Counted from the first letter of the stretch, positions 10,001 to 19,084 are shown. The stretch: DNA of 64,000 nucleotides from an uncultured Christensenella sp. (GCA_949300385.1 CASGDZ010000002.1:42989-106988), one strand, 5' to 3'. The notes: generated by a model not told the origin, from the sequence alone. Translations and numbers: made by a program.

Positions 10001-11579
10001 TGCGCAAGATAGCGAGTGGAATAATTTAATTCAAGAATCTACCGATAGTTCACTCTTTGCTTATTTGTGTAAGACACTTTTAAATCTATATCCTGAAATG
10101 GCAGTGCTTGATGAAGAAACTTTTGAAGTTAGTCAATCGGCAATTATCGGTGGATATAAATTCGAACTTTACTATGAAAATATGCTAGATATCGAGAAAG
10201 TGGATAGTGAAGAAGCATTTATTTCAATATCAAATGACTATGCAAATGATTACAAATATTTAGATAAATATATGCGACGATCTGGCAATGTCGTATTCGC
10301 GATTGACTCATGTCAAGAGATGGAAGTTAGCACCACTGAACAATTATTAATGGCTGTCCAGTATGGTAAAAAACCAATATTTGTTGGCGATAGTGATGTT
10401 GCCGAGCAGGTGTACGAGAATGCGAAATCGGTACTTTTGGCGATAGTTAGTGCAAGCATGACCGATTTAGAGAAAGTCAACGCGATATACGATTGGTTAA
10501 TATACGCGTACAACTACAATATTGACGCAAAAAATATCTTCAACTCAGTCAATGTTGAAGTGGAAGGAACGCTCCTTGATTATGGAGTTAGAAAAGAATT
10601 TTATCTGGAAGGAATTTTCTTGGATATACGCGATAGTGCACACGGCGGTTATGATGGCGAGTTCTATTTAGGGAATAAAAATGCGACGAGTCAGTCGTTT
10701 AGTAAAGCATTTGTTTTGTTGTGCTCAATAGAAGGCATTGAGACTAGAAAAGTTAACGGCGATTTAACATATTCTACAAATAAATTAGGTCAAGTTAATA
10801 TAGAGCATAGTTGGAATAAAGTTTATGTAGACACTTCTAGCGACAATAGTGGAGAGATGTGGTACAATGTGGATATCACATATTCAGATTATCACCCTGT
10901 CTACAACATTAATAACGGCAATTTAGATTCTTCATATAACATGGCTTCGCACTTATTCTACCTTGTTAGCGACGAATTTTTAAGTAGCAACATGCGCTTT
11001 AGTTATTCTAGCGATAGTATGGTAGGCTCAATCAATGTGACATTGAATGAGCGATTAAATCCAGTTGAATTAAATCCATTACCTATGATTAAAAGTTCGT
11101 ATAACTATTATATTAACTCTACATTCAGCATGACAAGAGAGGATATATTAGACACCTTATACGATCTAAATGTGGATATAAAGCAAGGCAATGAAATCAT
11201 AAGCACAGCAGAAGACATTAATTATGCTTTAACATTTATCAACACTAACCAATATCAAAAATATAACACAATCACAGGCTTTGGCGAATTACAAGCATAT
11301 GTGTTTAATGCCTTAACTTATACAAAATACAATTTAATCAAGAATGGCGATTCGTCTGCTTCATTTGAGATCAGATTGAATAATAATGATATAGGTGGAA
11401 CGGGTAGTTGGCCAATAAGTAATATAACTACAATAGTCAACACTATGAACAACTATTTTAGACAGACAAGCGACATTGATGGAGTAACAGAGACTAACTT
11501 GTCCGTTCAAAATTATCAAGTTTATGATAGTTCTACGAATACTATAACCATTATATTTACAATGCAATTTGCAAATTAA
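7092..11579 (+). CDS. Giant surface lipoprotein (1495 aa): Fn3-like repeat array plus C-terminal transglutaminase-like core domain
   Basis: It has a lipoprotein signal (LIIPLIMTGC). Repeat modules carry the signature S/TW..V.NA..Y.V (LTWSAVENAGLYVVKV, ISWTNVGNAQYIVEI, ANALAYKVYL, GASSYDIAING, ENAEYFIVRI). The C-terminal region matches the transglutaminase core (LEKVNAIYDWLIYAYNY ... SQSFSKAFVLLCSIEGIETRKVNG ... EHSWNKVYV ... WYNVDITY). Confidence 0.75.
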   Translation: MKKLRAILLSFILIIPLIMTGCLNSSKDKMSTPSELTITSGIIRFARVDNDDYYVLDIDGSTINIFPNQRTADDNYNYVTLYTLNGVNYLEYDATRLFSIGESYVIRLKACGEDKADSNYTNPYSYTYTPAMEVPTNVSISGTTLTWSAVENAGLYVVKVVTPNDNILADDSTSIADNDDLSSYQFTKNSFDFSSILSSAGEYKFYVSSVSADNTRNSSEFSSKVVYNYITKLATPKLGSIQLDEKTNLHMLAVVDANANAVSLKANGEECILPLNMDSLSVVNSISNLYDFNLTEVFEGVRLDELKQYSFTAQSLYITTGTSFYINSDISSPSVYENTLKLDSPTLNVENNIANWTNLNAVSAGVRLYVFTSSGCQKYELNLGVSNFALPSDYIAVSAQAIGVGNYLDSPMSNVISKNTEDVGELNVSSVGQIISWTNVGNAQYIVEIGNEVLIQRSNAFDISTIDYSVQSIKITAISDRYAPKSVTGNISNYSVTLASPYIYFANETNPYLLQISPVANALAYKVYLKDAQGVQTAIDNVFTSTQIDLSLYIIRKGEYREYTVQVQALADSLSIYRDSGLSNELTIVHTPTLEMPEFVSGENGLTPVSYDISTQSYYLNFYGVDGASSYDIAINGQHLPPVRDTGEEMYRINITAYVPGANRYTITIQALPDINNGAILESEINSYIYEKSLQLSEVTDIVVSENDGKYILSFALQDQAYSYQVRIVKLNDSRYNEYLESMGLSNTFEVYGSSEITPYVEQAGEYHIYITALAREGSLYVSSVESSTYAVIDKLETLSTPIFESYNDRESGFSITWTGDENAEYFIVRITDPSGHIYERRTYDSVSRTMDITDYISIEGDYSVSIKAVISSDNPTYISSPYSDIANFNYTYTYPYDFSRRVVFMNGGEYSLSISNVKQLTNVLWYHYLFGIDELYNLDIYIELIDDESIKDAIIRLANEAQENEIYNFAQDSEWNNLIQESTDSSLFAYLCKTLLNLYPEMAVLDEETFEVSQSAIIGGYKFELYYENMLDIEKVDSEEAFISISNDYANDYKYLDKYMRRSGNVVFAIDSCQEMEVSTTEQLLMAVQYGKKPIFVGDSDVAEQVYENAKSVLLAIVSASMTDLEKVNAIYDWLIYAYNYNIDAKNIFNSVNVEVEGTLLDYGVRKEFYLEGIFLDIRDSAHGGYDGEFYLGNKNATSQSFSKAFVLLCSIEGIETRKVNGDLTYSTNKLGQVNIEHSWNKVYVDTSSDNSGEMWYNVDITYSDYHPVYNINNGNLDSSYNMASHLFYLVSDEFLSSNMRFSYSSDSMVGSINVTLNERLNPVELNPLPMIKSSYNYYINSTFSMTREDILDTLYDLNVDIKQGNEIISTAEDINYALTFINTNQYQKYNTITGFGELQAYVFNALTYTKYNLIKNGDSSASFEIRLNNNDIGGTGSWPISNITTIVNTMNNYFRQTSDIDGVTETNLSVQNYQVYDSSTNTITIIFTMQFAN

Positions 11580-11615
11580 AGCATAAATTTATTTTCATTA
11601 GTTAAACTAGCATTA

Positions 11616-13070
11616 ATGAGAATTGATGCAGATAAAACTTTAAACGAAATACAATCTAGACTGCACAATAGTACTGACCTTAAGTCAAGAAGTGTGCAGT
11701 TTTTTGGCACGCAAATTTACATTTGTTACATAGCGGAGATAACGGACAATGTGTTGCTCACGGAAGCACTCATATATCCGATATGTTCGTATACAAACCA
11801 GAAAACAAAAGATGTATATTCTACACTAAAAAATGAAGTTATATCCACAATAGAAACAGTAGATTGCACTTCACTAGACGAAGCAATAACAAATTTGTTA
11901 AGTGGAAAAACTCTTGTTTTGGTGGATAAAGCAGAAAAAATTTTAGCCTGTGATGTAGAAAAGATAACCGTCCGCGCGGTATCTGAACCGCCGACTTCTG
12001 TTGTAATAAAAGGTCCGCGTGAAGGATTTACAGAGAGCATTAAATTCAATTTGGCACTTATACGCAAACGATTAAAGACGAATGACCTTGTTGTAAAAAT
12101 GTTTGAGATAGGCGAAGTGACAAAAACTCAAGTGGGTGTGATTTACTTAGATAAAGTTGTGGATAAGTCGGTTGTAGACATGGTGCTAAAACGATTAAAA
12201 TCTATTAAAATCGATGGAGTATTAGATAGCCATTATTTAGTATCATACCTTCAAAAAAATCCAAAATCACTCTTTAAGCAAGTGGGCGATACAGAAAAAC
12301 CAGATATCCTAGTTGGGAAAATGTTAGAGGGTCGTATTGGCATTTTAGTTGACGGCAGTCCTATCGCGCTCACTGTACCTTTCATTTTGATAGAAGATTT
12401 GCAAAATAGTGATGACTATTATAGTCAACCTATTCGCGTTGGATTCATACGAATATTGCGTTTGATTGGTGTTATTATGGCAGTATTGCTCCCCGGGGTA
12501 TATGTTGCGCTTGAGTTGTATCACTATAAAATTTTGCCAACCGAATTTTTGGTTACTATCATGAACACTACAAAAGGTATACCATTTGCGCCATTTGTTG
12601 AAGTGCTGTTTGTTATTCTTCTATTTGAGATATTATATGAAGCAAATTTGCGTATGCCACAATATTTTGGAATGGCGATGTCGATTGTTGGTGCGCTAAT
12701 TTTAGGCGACACTGCCATAAGTGCCGGACTAGTCAGTCCGCCGACTGTCATGATAGTGGCGCTTTCTGGTATTGTGTTCTATATCATACCAAGTCAGGCA
12801 GCACAGTTTAGTATGTTGCGACTTATCGCGCTTGTGATAGGAGCGTGTATAGGACTATATGGAATATTGTTGTTCTGCCTGTTCATACTATCATACCTTT
12901 CAAGTTTTGATAGTTATAAGAGTGCATATCTAGCGCCAACTGCTCCGTTTATTTCGCAAGACCAAGAAGACACTTTTATGCGAAAAACTATTCGTGATAT
13001 GAAGAAACGACCAAAGTCGATAGCAAATAATCGCAAAAATAGTGTAAGGAGAGGGGAAGATGAAAATTAG
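11616..13070 (+). CDS. Spore germination protein, GerAA/GerKA family (germinant receptor A subunit)
   Basis: It has the characteristic VSEPPTSVVIKGPREGFTESI motif and a C-terminal multi-TM region. It is the first gene of an A-B-C triad. Confidence 0.85.
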   Translation: MRIDADKTLNEIQSRLHNSTDLKSRSVQFFGTQIYICYIAEITDNVLLTEALIYPICSYTNQKTKDVYSTLKNEVISTIETVDCTSLDEAITNLLSGKTLVLVDKAEKILACDVEKITVRAVSEPPTSVVIKGPREGFTESIKFNLALIRKRLKTNDLVVKMFEIGEVTKTQVGVIYLDKVVDKSVVDMVLKRLKSIKIDGVLDSHYLVSYLQKNPKSLFKQVGDTEKPDILVGKMLEGRIGILVDGSPIALTVPFILIEDLQNSDDYYSQPIRVGFIRILRLIGVIMAVLLPGVYVALELYHYKILPTEFLVTIMNTTKGIPFAPFVEVLFVILLFEILYEANLRMPQYFGMAMSIVGALILGDTAISAGLVSPPTVMIVALSGIVFYIIPSQAAQFSMLRLIALVIGACIGLYGILLFCLFILSYLSSFDSYKSAYLAPTAPFISQDQEDTFMRKTIRDMKKRPKSIANNRKNSVRRGEDEN

Positions 13071-14187
13071 TTATAGACAAATGTCCGTATTGGTTTTGCT
13101 CGCTTTTATAACATTAAAATTCTCCGCACTGCCAAGTCTTATGTATACTGTTAGCGCTAACATGAGTTGGCTATCCGCTCTAATATTGATGATAGTAGAC
13201 AGCATATATGTGTTTATTATAGTTAATCTTATGCACAAGAGTGGAGAAAGAAATATTTATGAATTTATGACCGCCTGCTTAGGTAAGGTTTTGACGCGCG
13301 TCATTTTAGCAATTTTAATATTAAAGTATGCGCTTGTTGTCGCAAATGTATCTAAGGGTATGGAAATTTTTGTTGTTGAAAATCTGTACAAGGAATTTAA
13401 TTGGCTCATATTTGCGCTCCCACTTGCAATACTTGTTGCTTTCATGGTCTACAAAGGCGTTAGAAATATTGGACGAGTGGGCGAACTAGTCTACATTCCT
13501 GTCATATTAGGTTGTATATATATTATGATTAAAGCGATTAGTGGGATACATTTACAATCTGCATTTTTACCCATGTTTTCATCTGGTGTTGAACCGATTT
13601 TTAGCAGTGCATACAAATATGTTTCATGGTTCGGTTCGGGGACTTTCTTGCTCATGCTTTTTGGCTCTGTTGATTTTAAGGATAAGAAGAAATTTACGCT
13701 CTTTAAATATTTATTCTTTGCCATAATTCTTGTCCAATTAATGTATTTGGTATTTTACGGACTATTTCAAGTAACCAGTCCAACACATGATTTTTGTTTG
13801 AGCGACATAAGTCAATTTTCAGGTGGAGATTCAAGTATAAGCGAATTGAGTTGGCTCGTTGTTTCTATGTGGATAGTCGCGCAGACTGTACAACTTGCAC
13901 TATATTCATATGCACTCGTTCAAGCGATTAAATATATGTTTAATATAAAAAATAACACAATACCTATATTGTTAGTTGTAATCTTTATTTTCTCGTGGAG
14001 TTATTTGGGCGAAATTACAGTACGATTGGAAGAAATATTCTATCATCCTATCGCCTCAATAATAACTATAATGGGTGCATATGTTAGCCCGCTAATAATT
14101 TGGTTAGGATATGCGGTGCATAGTAAAAAAATAAAGAAACAAAGAGTTAGGGTGAAAGACAATGAAAAAGTTGAAATCAATTTTTAG
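13060..14187 (+). CDS. Spore germination permease, GerAB family (B subunit)
   Basis: A polytopic membrane protein of about 10 TM helices. It overlaps the A subunit by 11 nt. SD GGAGAGGGG lies upstream. Confidence 0.8.
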   Translation: MKISYRQMSVLVLLAFITLKFSALPSLMYTVSANMSWLSALILMIVDSIYVFIIVNLMHKSGERNIYEFMTACLGKVLTRVILAILILKYALVVANVSKGMEIFVVENLYKEFNWLIFALPLAILVAFMVYKGVRNIGRVGELVYIPVILGCIYIMIKAISGIHLQSAFLPMFSSGVEPIFSSAYKYVSWFGSGTFLLMLFGSVDFKDKKKFTLFKYLFFAIILVQLMYLVFYGLFQVTSPTHDFCLSDISQFSGGDSSISELSWLVVSMWIVAQTVQLALYSYALVQAIKYMFNIKNNTIPILLVVIFIFSWSYLGEITVRLEEIFYHPIASIITIMGAYVSPLIIWLGYAVHSKKIKKQRVRVKDNEKVEINF

Positions 14188-15403
14188 TCCGAAGAAAATT
14201 GCCATTTGGCTATTCATATTGCTTCTAGTGCTCACATTGCCTAGTGCAAACAAACCCGCAATGAGTCAAACTTCTGCCATTGTTACAATCATGTGTGTAG
14301 ATCAAACGGAAGAGGACAATATTCAAGTTGCGGTGGCGGTTATAGCTCCCGCGCAAGATAAAACCGCAAAATATGAAGTATTTTCGGGCGAGGGTGAAAC
14401 ACTGGGTGAAGCAGTCGGCAATGTCTCGCTATCCATAGGTAAAGATATGGGATTTGCACAATGTGAGATTTTAGGTATAGGAGATAATTTAAGTGAAGAT
14501 GGGGTCATGAAAGTGCTTGACTTCATGACACGAACTAAAAAAGTAGGACGAAATACCACACTCATAAATGCGAGTGGAGATATAACAGATTTTGTCAGTG
14601 CTGTAACTAAACTTTCAATGGATAAATCATTGAAGATAGAAGAGATTATCAATTATGATGAGCGATTTTTCGTCGCGTCTGACAGTAATGTTGAAACCTT
14701 TTATATAGGGTATTATAGCGATATTTCATTAGGAATAATGCCGATAATCAAATTGAGCGATAGCGAGCAATCAAACGCCATAGAAGTATCTGCTAGTTCC
14801 GACCAATCAGGAACAGGCGCGAGTGGAAATGCAAATTCTAACGAAGAAAATAGTAAAAAGTATTTAGTAAATGATGGTTCAATGCGCGTATTTAAAAATG
14901 GCAAAAAATTCCTTGATATTGATAGCGAAATGGTGCATAAAATCAATTTCTTTTTGAATGAATCACAAAAGGGAAGCATTATAGTAGAGGGCGTAAACGA
15001 CTATTTATATGACAACGCTAAGGTAACATTATCGATAGTTAAAAAGAATATAAAAGTTAAACCTATGTTTGACGGCAAAACTCCTGTATATAAAGCAGAA
15101 ATAGATTTGACCATATTTGTTGAAGAAGTGGGCGACTATGACCCAACATTAAATATGTTGAAACGAAATAGGGAGTTTATAACGGACGCGCTTATAAAAA
15201 AAGTGGAAGAAAAAGTGCAAAATGATATGAAAGAAGTTGAAGATTTTTGCAAAGAAAATAATGTAGATGTTATAGACGCTTATATGCAATTTAACACATT
15301 AAAACATAAAGATTTTAAAGAATATTTATCGCGCGTTGGTATTGAAAATTATTTAGACGATATTCGATTTGAAACGACAGTAAATGTGCGAAGTGAATAT
15401 TAA
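14162..15403 (+). CDS. Germination protein, Ger(x)C family (C subunit), without a lipobox cysteine
   Basis: It occupies the third position of the gerA-type triad and overlaps the B subunit by 26 nt. It has an N-terminal hydrophobic signal, and its size and composition are typical of GerAC. SD AGGGTGA lies upstream. Confidence 0.7.
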   Translation: MKKLKSIFSPKKIAIWLFILLLVLTLPSANKPAMSQTSAIVTIMCVDQTEEDNIQVAVAVIAPAQDKTAKYEVFSGEGETLGEAVGNVSLSIGKDMGFAQCEILGIGDNLSEDGVMKVLDFMTRTKKVGRNTTLINASGDITDFVSAVTKLSMDKSLKIEEIINYDERFFVASDSNVETFYIGYYSDISLGIMPIIKLSDSEQSNAIEVSASSDQSGTGASGNANSNEENSKKYLVNDGSMRVFKNGKKFLDIDSEMVHKINFFLNESQKGSIIVEGVNDYLYDNAKVTLSIVKKNIKVKPMFDGKTPVYKAEIDLTIFVEEVGDYDPTLNMLKRNREFITDALIKKVEEKVQNDMKEVEDFCKENNVDVIDAYMQFNTLKHKDFKEYLSRVGIENYLDDIRFETTVNVRSEY

Positions 15404-15406
15404 AAT

Positions 15407-15437
15407 AAAAGGCATTGTATGTTTACAATGCCTTTTT
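15407..15437. terminator. Bidirectional intrinsic terminator (gerA operon / pheT)
   Basis: A 9-bp GC-containing stem (ggcattgta / tacaatgcc) with a 4-nt loop, flanked by an A-run and a T-run. Confidence 0.7.
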
Positions 15438-15492
15438 GTATTCTTTATGACTTAATTTAAAATTAATTAAATTATTTTTTAATGCGGATAAA

Positions 15493-17865
15493 TTAACGCA
15501 ATTTTGCTTGAAGATGAGTTATTTCTTCATTTAAAACTTTGTCCATAATAGGAGTAATCTCATTTTCAGACAATGTCTTATCGCCTTGACGGATATAGAC
15601 AGAGAAAGCAACGCTCTTCTTGTCTAAACCAAGCGCGTTTGATGTATAGACATCGAACACTTTGACATCGACAATATTATGTCTGTCCGCCTTTTTTGCG
15701 ACTTCAATAATCTTGCTTGCTGGGACATCTTTGTCCACAAGTATTGCCAAATCACGCGAGATAGTTGGTAGTTTGTCTGGCGCATTGCCTACATGCCTAT
15801 CATTTGCGTGTGTCAATATATCCTTTAAATTTATTTCAGCGATAAACACTTTTGTATTTATTTCAAAATTGTTTAAAATCTTAGGGTGGACTTCGCCTAT
15901 TATTCCGACTTTTCTATTATATAGGTATATATCTGCCGATATGCCTGGATGTAACATTTCGTCTTTTGATTGGCGGTATTCGAGAGTTATGCCAATGCTT
16001 GACATAATCATATTTAAAGCATTTTTAAGTTGATAGAAATTATATTCGCCCGTTAGTGATAGACATAGATTATTATGTTCGTCCGGTAGTTCGCGTAAAG
16101 GAAGAGATTTTGCTAAGAATACGCGGGCAAGTTCGAATAAATGTAGGTTTTTATTACCTTGCTTTAAGTTAAACGAAATTGTGTTGAGCATAGCAGGTAT
16201 GAGCGAGCGTCTAACGATGCTATAATCTTGACCGATAGGGTTAGCAATGACAATATGCTCGTCCAGTTTTAGTCCCGCGTTTGTTATAAGTTTTGGACTA
16301 CCGAACTGCCATGTCATGATTTCACTATATCCTGCGAGTGTGCACGCTAATTTTAATCTGTTTATATTTTTCTGTTCTATAGTGAGTTCGCCGACTGTAT
16401 TAAAGTCGGTTGCGGTGCTGTCTGTGATACTAATTTTATCTAAGCCATATATTCTTCCCACTTCTTCACAAATATCACAATCGCGCGATATATCTGTTCG
16501 CTCAGGTGGAACAATAGATGTAAGAATGCCGTCTTTTTCAGTTGTAATAATATCTAATCGGTTAAGAATATCAATCATTGTCGTGCTGTCAATATTTAGA
16601 CCTAAACGCTCGTTTATTTTATCTACACGCGAAGTAACAACCTTTCTTTCACCTAATTTAACGCTAACATCAACAATGTTGGACGAAATGTCGCCTGCGT
16701 TTAAATTTGATATAATATTGAGTGCGCGTTTTAGTCCTATATCTGCGTTTTCAATATTTACACCTTTTGAATATCGGATCGCACTATCACTGCTCATACC
16801 TAGCGCGTGCGCACTTCTACGAATGTTTGCGAAATGGAAATTTGCACTTTCTAGCATAACCGATTTTGTAGTTTCGTATGTGCCATAGTCCGCACCACCC
16901 ATAATTCCAGCGATAACCATAGGTTCATTTGCGTTAGCAATGACAAGGTTGTTTTCATTTAGTTCATGCTCTTTTTCGTCTAATGTGAATAATTTTTCGC
17001 CTGCTTTTGCACGACGAACAATAATTTTTTCGCCAGCAATGCGTGATAAATCAAATGCGTGCATAGGTTGACCGACTTCGAGTAGTACATAATTTGTTAT
17101 ATCTACATATAGCGAGTGTGGAGTGTGGTCGAGTAGAGTTAGACGCTTTTGCATCCATTTTGGGCTAGCGCCATTTTTTACATTTTCCACGACAACAGAC
17201 TCATAGCGTGGACATAACTCAAAATCTTCAACTTTTACATCTACCTTTCTTGTGCCATTTGTTTTGTATAATAAATCAAGTGGTTTTAAAGGTCGATTGA
17301 ATATTACAGACAATTCTTTTGCTATTCCATATATTGAGTTGCAGTCAGCACGATTAGGTAAAACATTTATGTCTAAAACGACTTCATTTAGTCCCAAAAC
17401 ATCTGCCATAGGAGTGCCTTCTTTAAGCGAACTATCAAGAATGAGCAAGCCGTTCACTTCTGCTCCTGGGTAGATAGAATTGTCAATATTTAATTCGTCT
17501 CCCGAACAAAACATTCCGTTAGAATTTACACCGCGCAACATACCATTCTTAATTTCTGTACCATTTGGAAGAACCGCGCCGTCTAGCGCTAGTGGAACAT
17601 TGTCGCCGACTTTCATGTTGTCTGCGTGAGTTACAATTTGTGTTTTTCCAAATCCATAATCAGCTTGACAAACGACTAATTTGTCTGCGTTAGGGTGCTT
17701 TGTAATACTCGTTATTCGCGCTACAACCGCTTTATCTAGTCCTTTAGACTTATCGATAATTTCCTCCACTTCAAAACCAGCGTCTGTAAGACCTTTTGCA
17801 ATTTCGCGTGTTGTTAAGTTAGATAAATCTACATAATCATTTATCCATGATAATAAAACTTTCAT
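15493..17865 (-). CDS. pheT: Phenylalanine--tRNA ligase beta subunit
   Basis: 790 aa with an N-terminal tRNA-binding OB domain (ITKHPNADKLVVCQADYG), B3/4 and B5 regions and a C-terminal anticodon-binding-like domain. It lies directly downstream of pheS. SD AGGAGA lies upstream. Confidence 0.95.
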   Translation of the reverse strand: MKVLLSWINDYVDLSNLTTREIAKGLTDAGFEVEEIIDKSKGLDKAVVARITSITKHPNADKLVVCQADYGFGKTQIVTHADNMKVGDNVPLALDGAVLPNGTEIKNGMLRGVNSNGMFCSGDELNIDNSIYPGAEVNGLLILDSSLKEGTPMADVLGLNEVVLDINVLPNRADCNSIYGIAKELSVIFNRPLKPLDLLYKTNGTRKVDVKVEDFELCPRYESVVVENVKNGASPKWMQKRLTLLDHTPHSLYVDITNYVLLEVGQPMHAFDLSRIAGEKIIVRRAKAGEKLFTLDEKEHELNENNLVIANANEPMVIAGIMGGADYGTYETTKSVMLESANFHFANIRRSAHALGMSSDSAIRYSKGVNIENADIGLKRALNIISNLNAGDISSNIVDVSVKLGERKVVTSRVDKINERLGLNIDSTTMIDILNRLDIITTEKDGILTSIVPPERTDISRDCDICEEVGRIYGLDKISITDSTATDFNTVGELTIEQKNINRLKLACTLAGYSEIMTWQFGSPKLITNAGLKLDEHIVIANPIGQDYSIVRRSLIPAMLNTISFNLKQGNKNLHLFELARVFLAKSLPLRELPDEHNNLCLSLTGEYNFYQLKNALNMIMSSIGITLEYRQSKDEMLHPGISADIYLYNRKVGIIGEVHPKILNNFEINTKVFIAEINLKDILTHANDRHVGNAPDKLPTISRDLAILVDKDVPASKIIEVAKKADRHNIVDVKVFDVYTSNALGLDKKSVAFSVYIRQGDKTLSENEITPIMDKVLNEEITHLQAKLR

Positions 17866-17890
17866 ATTTTCTCCTATATTTAATTGCTTA

Positions 17891-18090
17891 TTATTTAAAT
17901 TGTTTTAAAAAGTGTATATTATTAACTGCCAAACAAGTTGACAGGAAACTTAATACTTTTTTAAATCAATTTAACCTACTATTTAAATTGCTTTAAAAAG
18001 CGTATATCGAAAGCTGTCAACGGGGGTTGCCAGGAAACTCATACTTTTTTAAATCAATTATCTAAATTGCTTTAAAAAGCGTATATCGTT
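17891..18090 (-). repeat. Tandem repeat of about 80-88 bp: two degenerate copies of the last 31 nt of pheS plus an adjoining hairpin unit
   Basis: The genuine pheS tail is at 18058-18088. Copy B (17979-18009) differs from it at 2 of 31 positions. Copy A (17891-17921) differs at 5 of 31, four of them C-to-T on the + strand. Each copy is followed on the + strand by an imperfect hairpin and the shared block GGAAACTnAnTACTTTTTTAAATCAAT. Confidence 0.75.
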
Positions 18091-19080
18091 TTCGAACATA
18101 ACCTTTGCATTAGGTATTTTATAGCGCATTTTAGGGAAGCGGTCAAATCCGAATCCAAACGCATATCCGCTATAAATTTCAGGGTCAATTCCGTTCATTT
18201 CAAGGACATGTGGATGTATCATTCCCGCACCTAAAATTTCGTATTGTCCGGCGCCGTTGCATGCAGGACACCCCTTTCCTTTACAAATATTACATTCAGC
18301 GTCAACTTCAACGCTAGGTTCAGTGAATGGGAAATATGACGCTCTAAATTTTGTCTTTGTGCTTTCGCCTAAATATTTTTTAAGGATTAAAGATAAATCG
18401 TGCTTTAAATCAGCCAAACTAACTTTTTTATCAATATAAATACCTTCTAGTTGGTAGAAAGCAGGGGTGTGCGTTGCGTCTATATCGTCCTTTCTAAATA
18501 CACGACCGAAACTAAACACTTTGAATGGTGGGCGAATATGTTCCATTGCTCGTGGTTGAGTGTTGCTTGTTTGCGTACGCATAAGAATTTCAGGCGTTAT
18601 ATATAGACTATCTTGCATATCGCGACTAGGGTGATCCTTAGGTACATTCACAAGTTCAAAATTGTATTTGTCATATTCAATTTCGGGACCATCAATCTGA
18701 CTAAATCCCATACCTGTTAAGATCTCAGTAATTCGCATAAAATCTAATGTTACAGGATGAAGTGCGCCGATTTCATCGTTATTAAGGTCAAGGGTAACAT
18801 CAATTTTCTCTTTCATTAAACGATCGTTTAATTCGGCGTCCTGCAAAAATGCTTCTTTTGCGCTAATGAGATTGTCTGCTTCTGTTTTCGCACTATTTAA
18901 TAATTGCCCCATAGTCTGCCTATCTTCTGCTGGCACTTGTTTCATAAAGCGGAACAATTCAGTCAACTTTCCATTTTTACCTAAAATCTCGACTCTTAAT
19001 GACTGCGCCTTAGCACTCGTATCAACCTTTTCAATTTCACTTTTAACATAATCTAAAATTTCATTGATTTTGTCTTTCAT
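18058..19080 (-). CDS. pheS: Phenylalanine--tRNA ligase alpha subunit
   Basis: Class II motifs are present (GRVFRKDDIDATHTPAFYQLEG, GYAFGFGFDRFPKMRY). I set the start at MKDKINE (19080), which is preceded by AAGGAGAG. The 10-codon upstream extension in the ORF track overlaps the T-box terminator. Confidence 0.95.
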   Translation of the reverse strand: MKDKINEILDYVKSEIEKVDTSAKAQSLRVEILGKNGKLTELFRFMKQVPAEDRQTMGQLLNSAKTEADNLISAKEAFLQDAELNDRLMKEKIDVTLDLNNDEIGALHPVTLDFMRITEILTGMGFSQIDGPEIEYDKYNFELVNVPKDHPSRDMQDSLYITPEILMRTQTSNTQPRAMEHIRPPFKVFSFGRVFRKDDIDATHTPAFYQLEGIYIDKKVSLADLKHDLSLILKKYLGESTKTKFRASYFPFTEPSVEVDAECNICKGKGCPACNGAGQYEILGAGMIHPHVLEMNGIDPEIYSGYAFGFGFDRFPKMRYKIPNAKVMFENDIRFLKQFR

Positions 19081-19084
19081 AATC

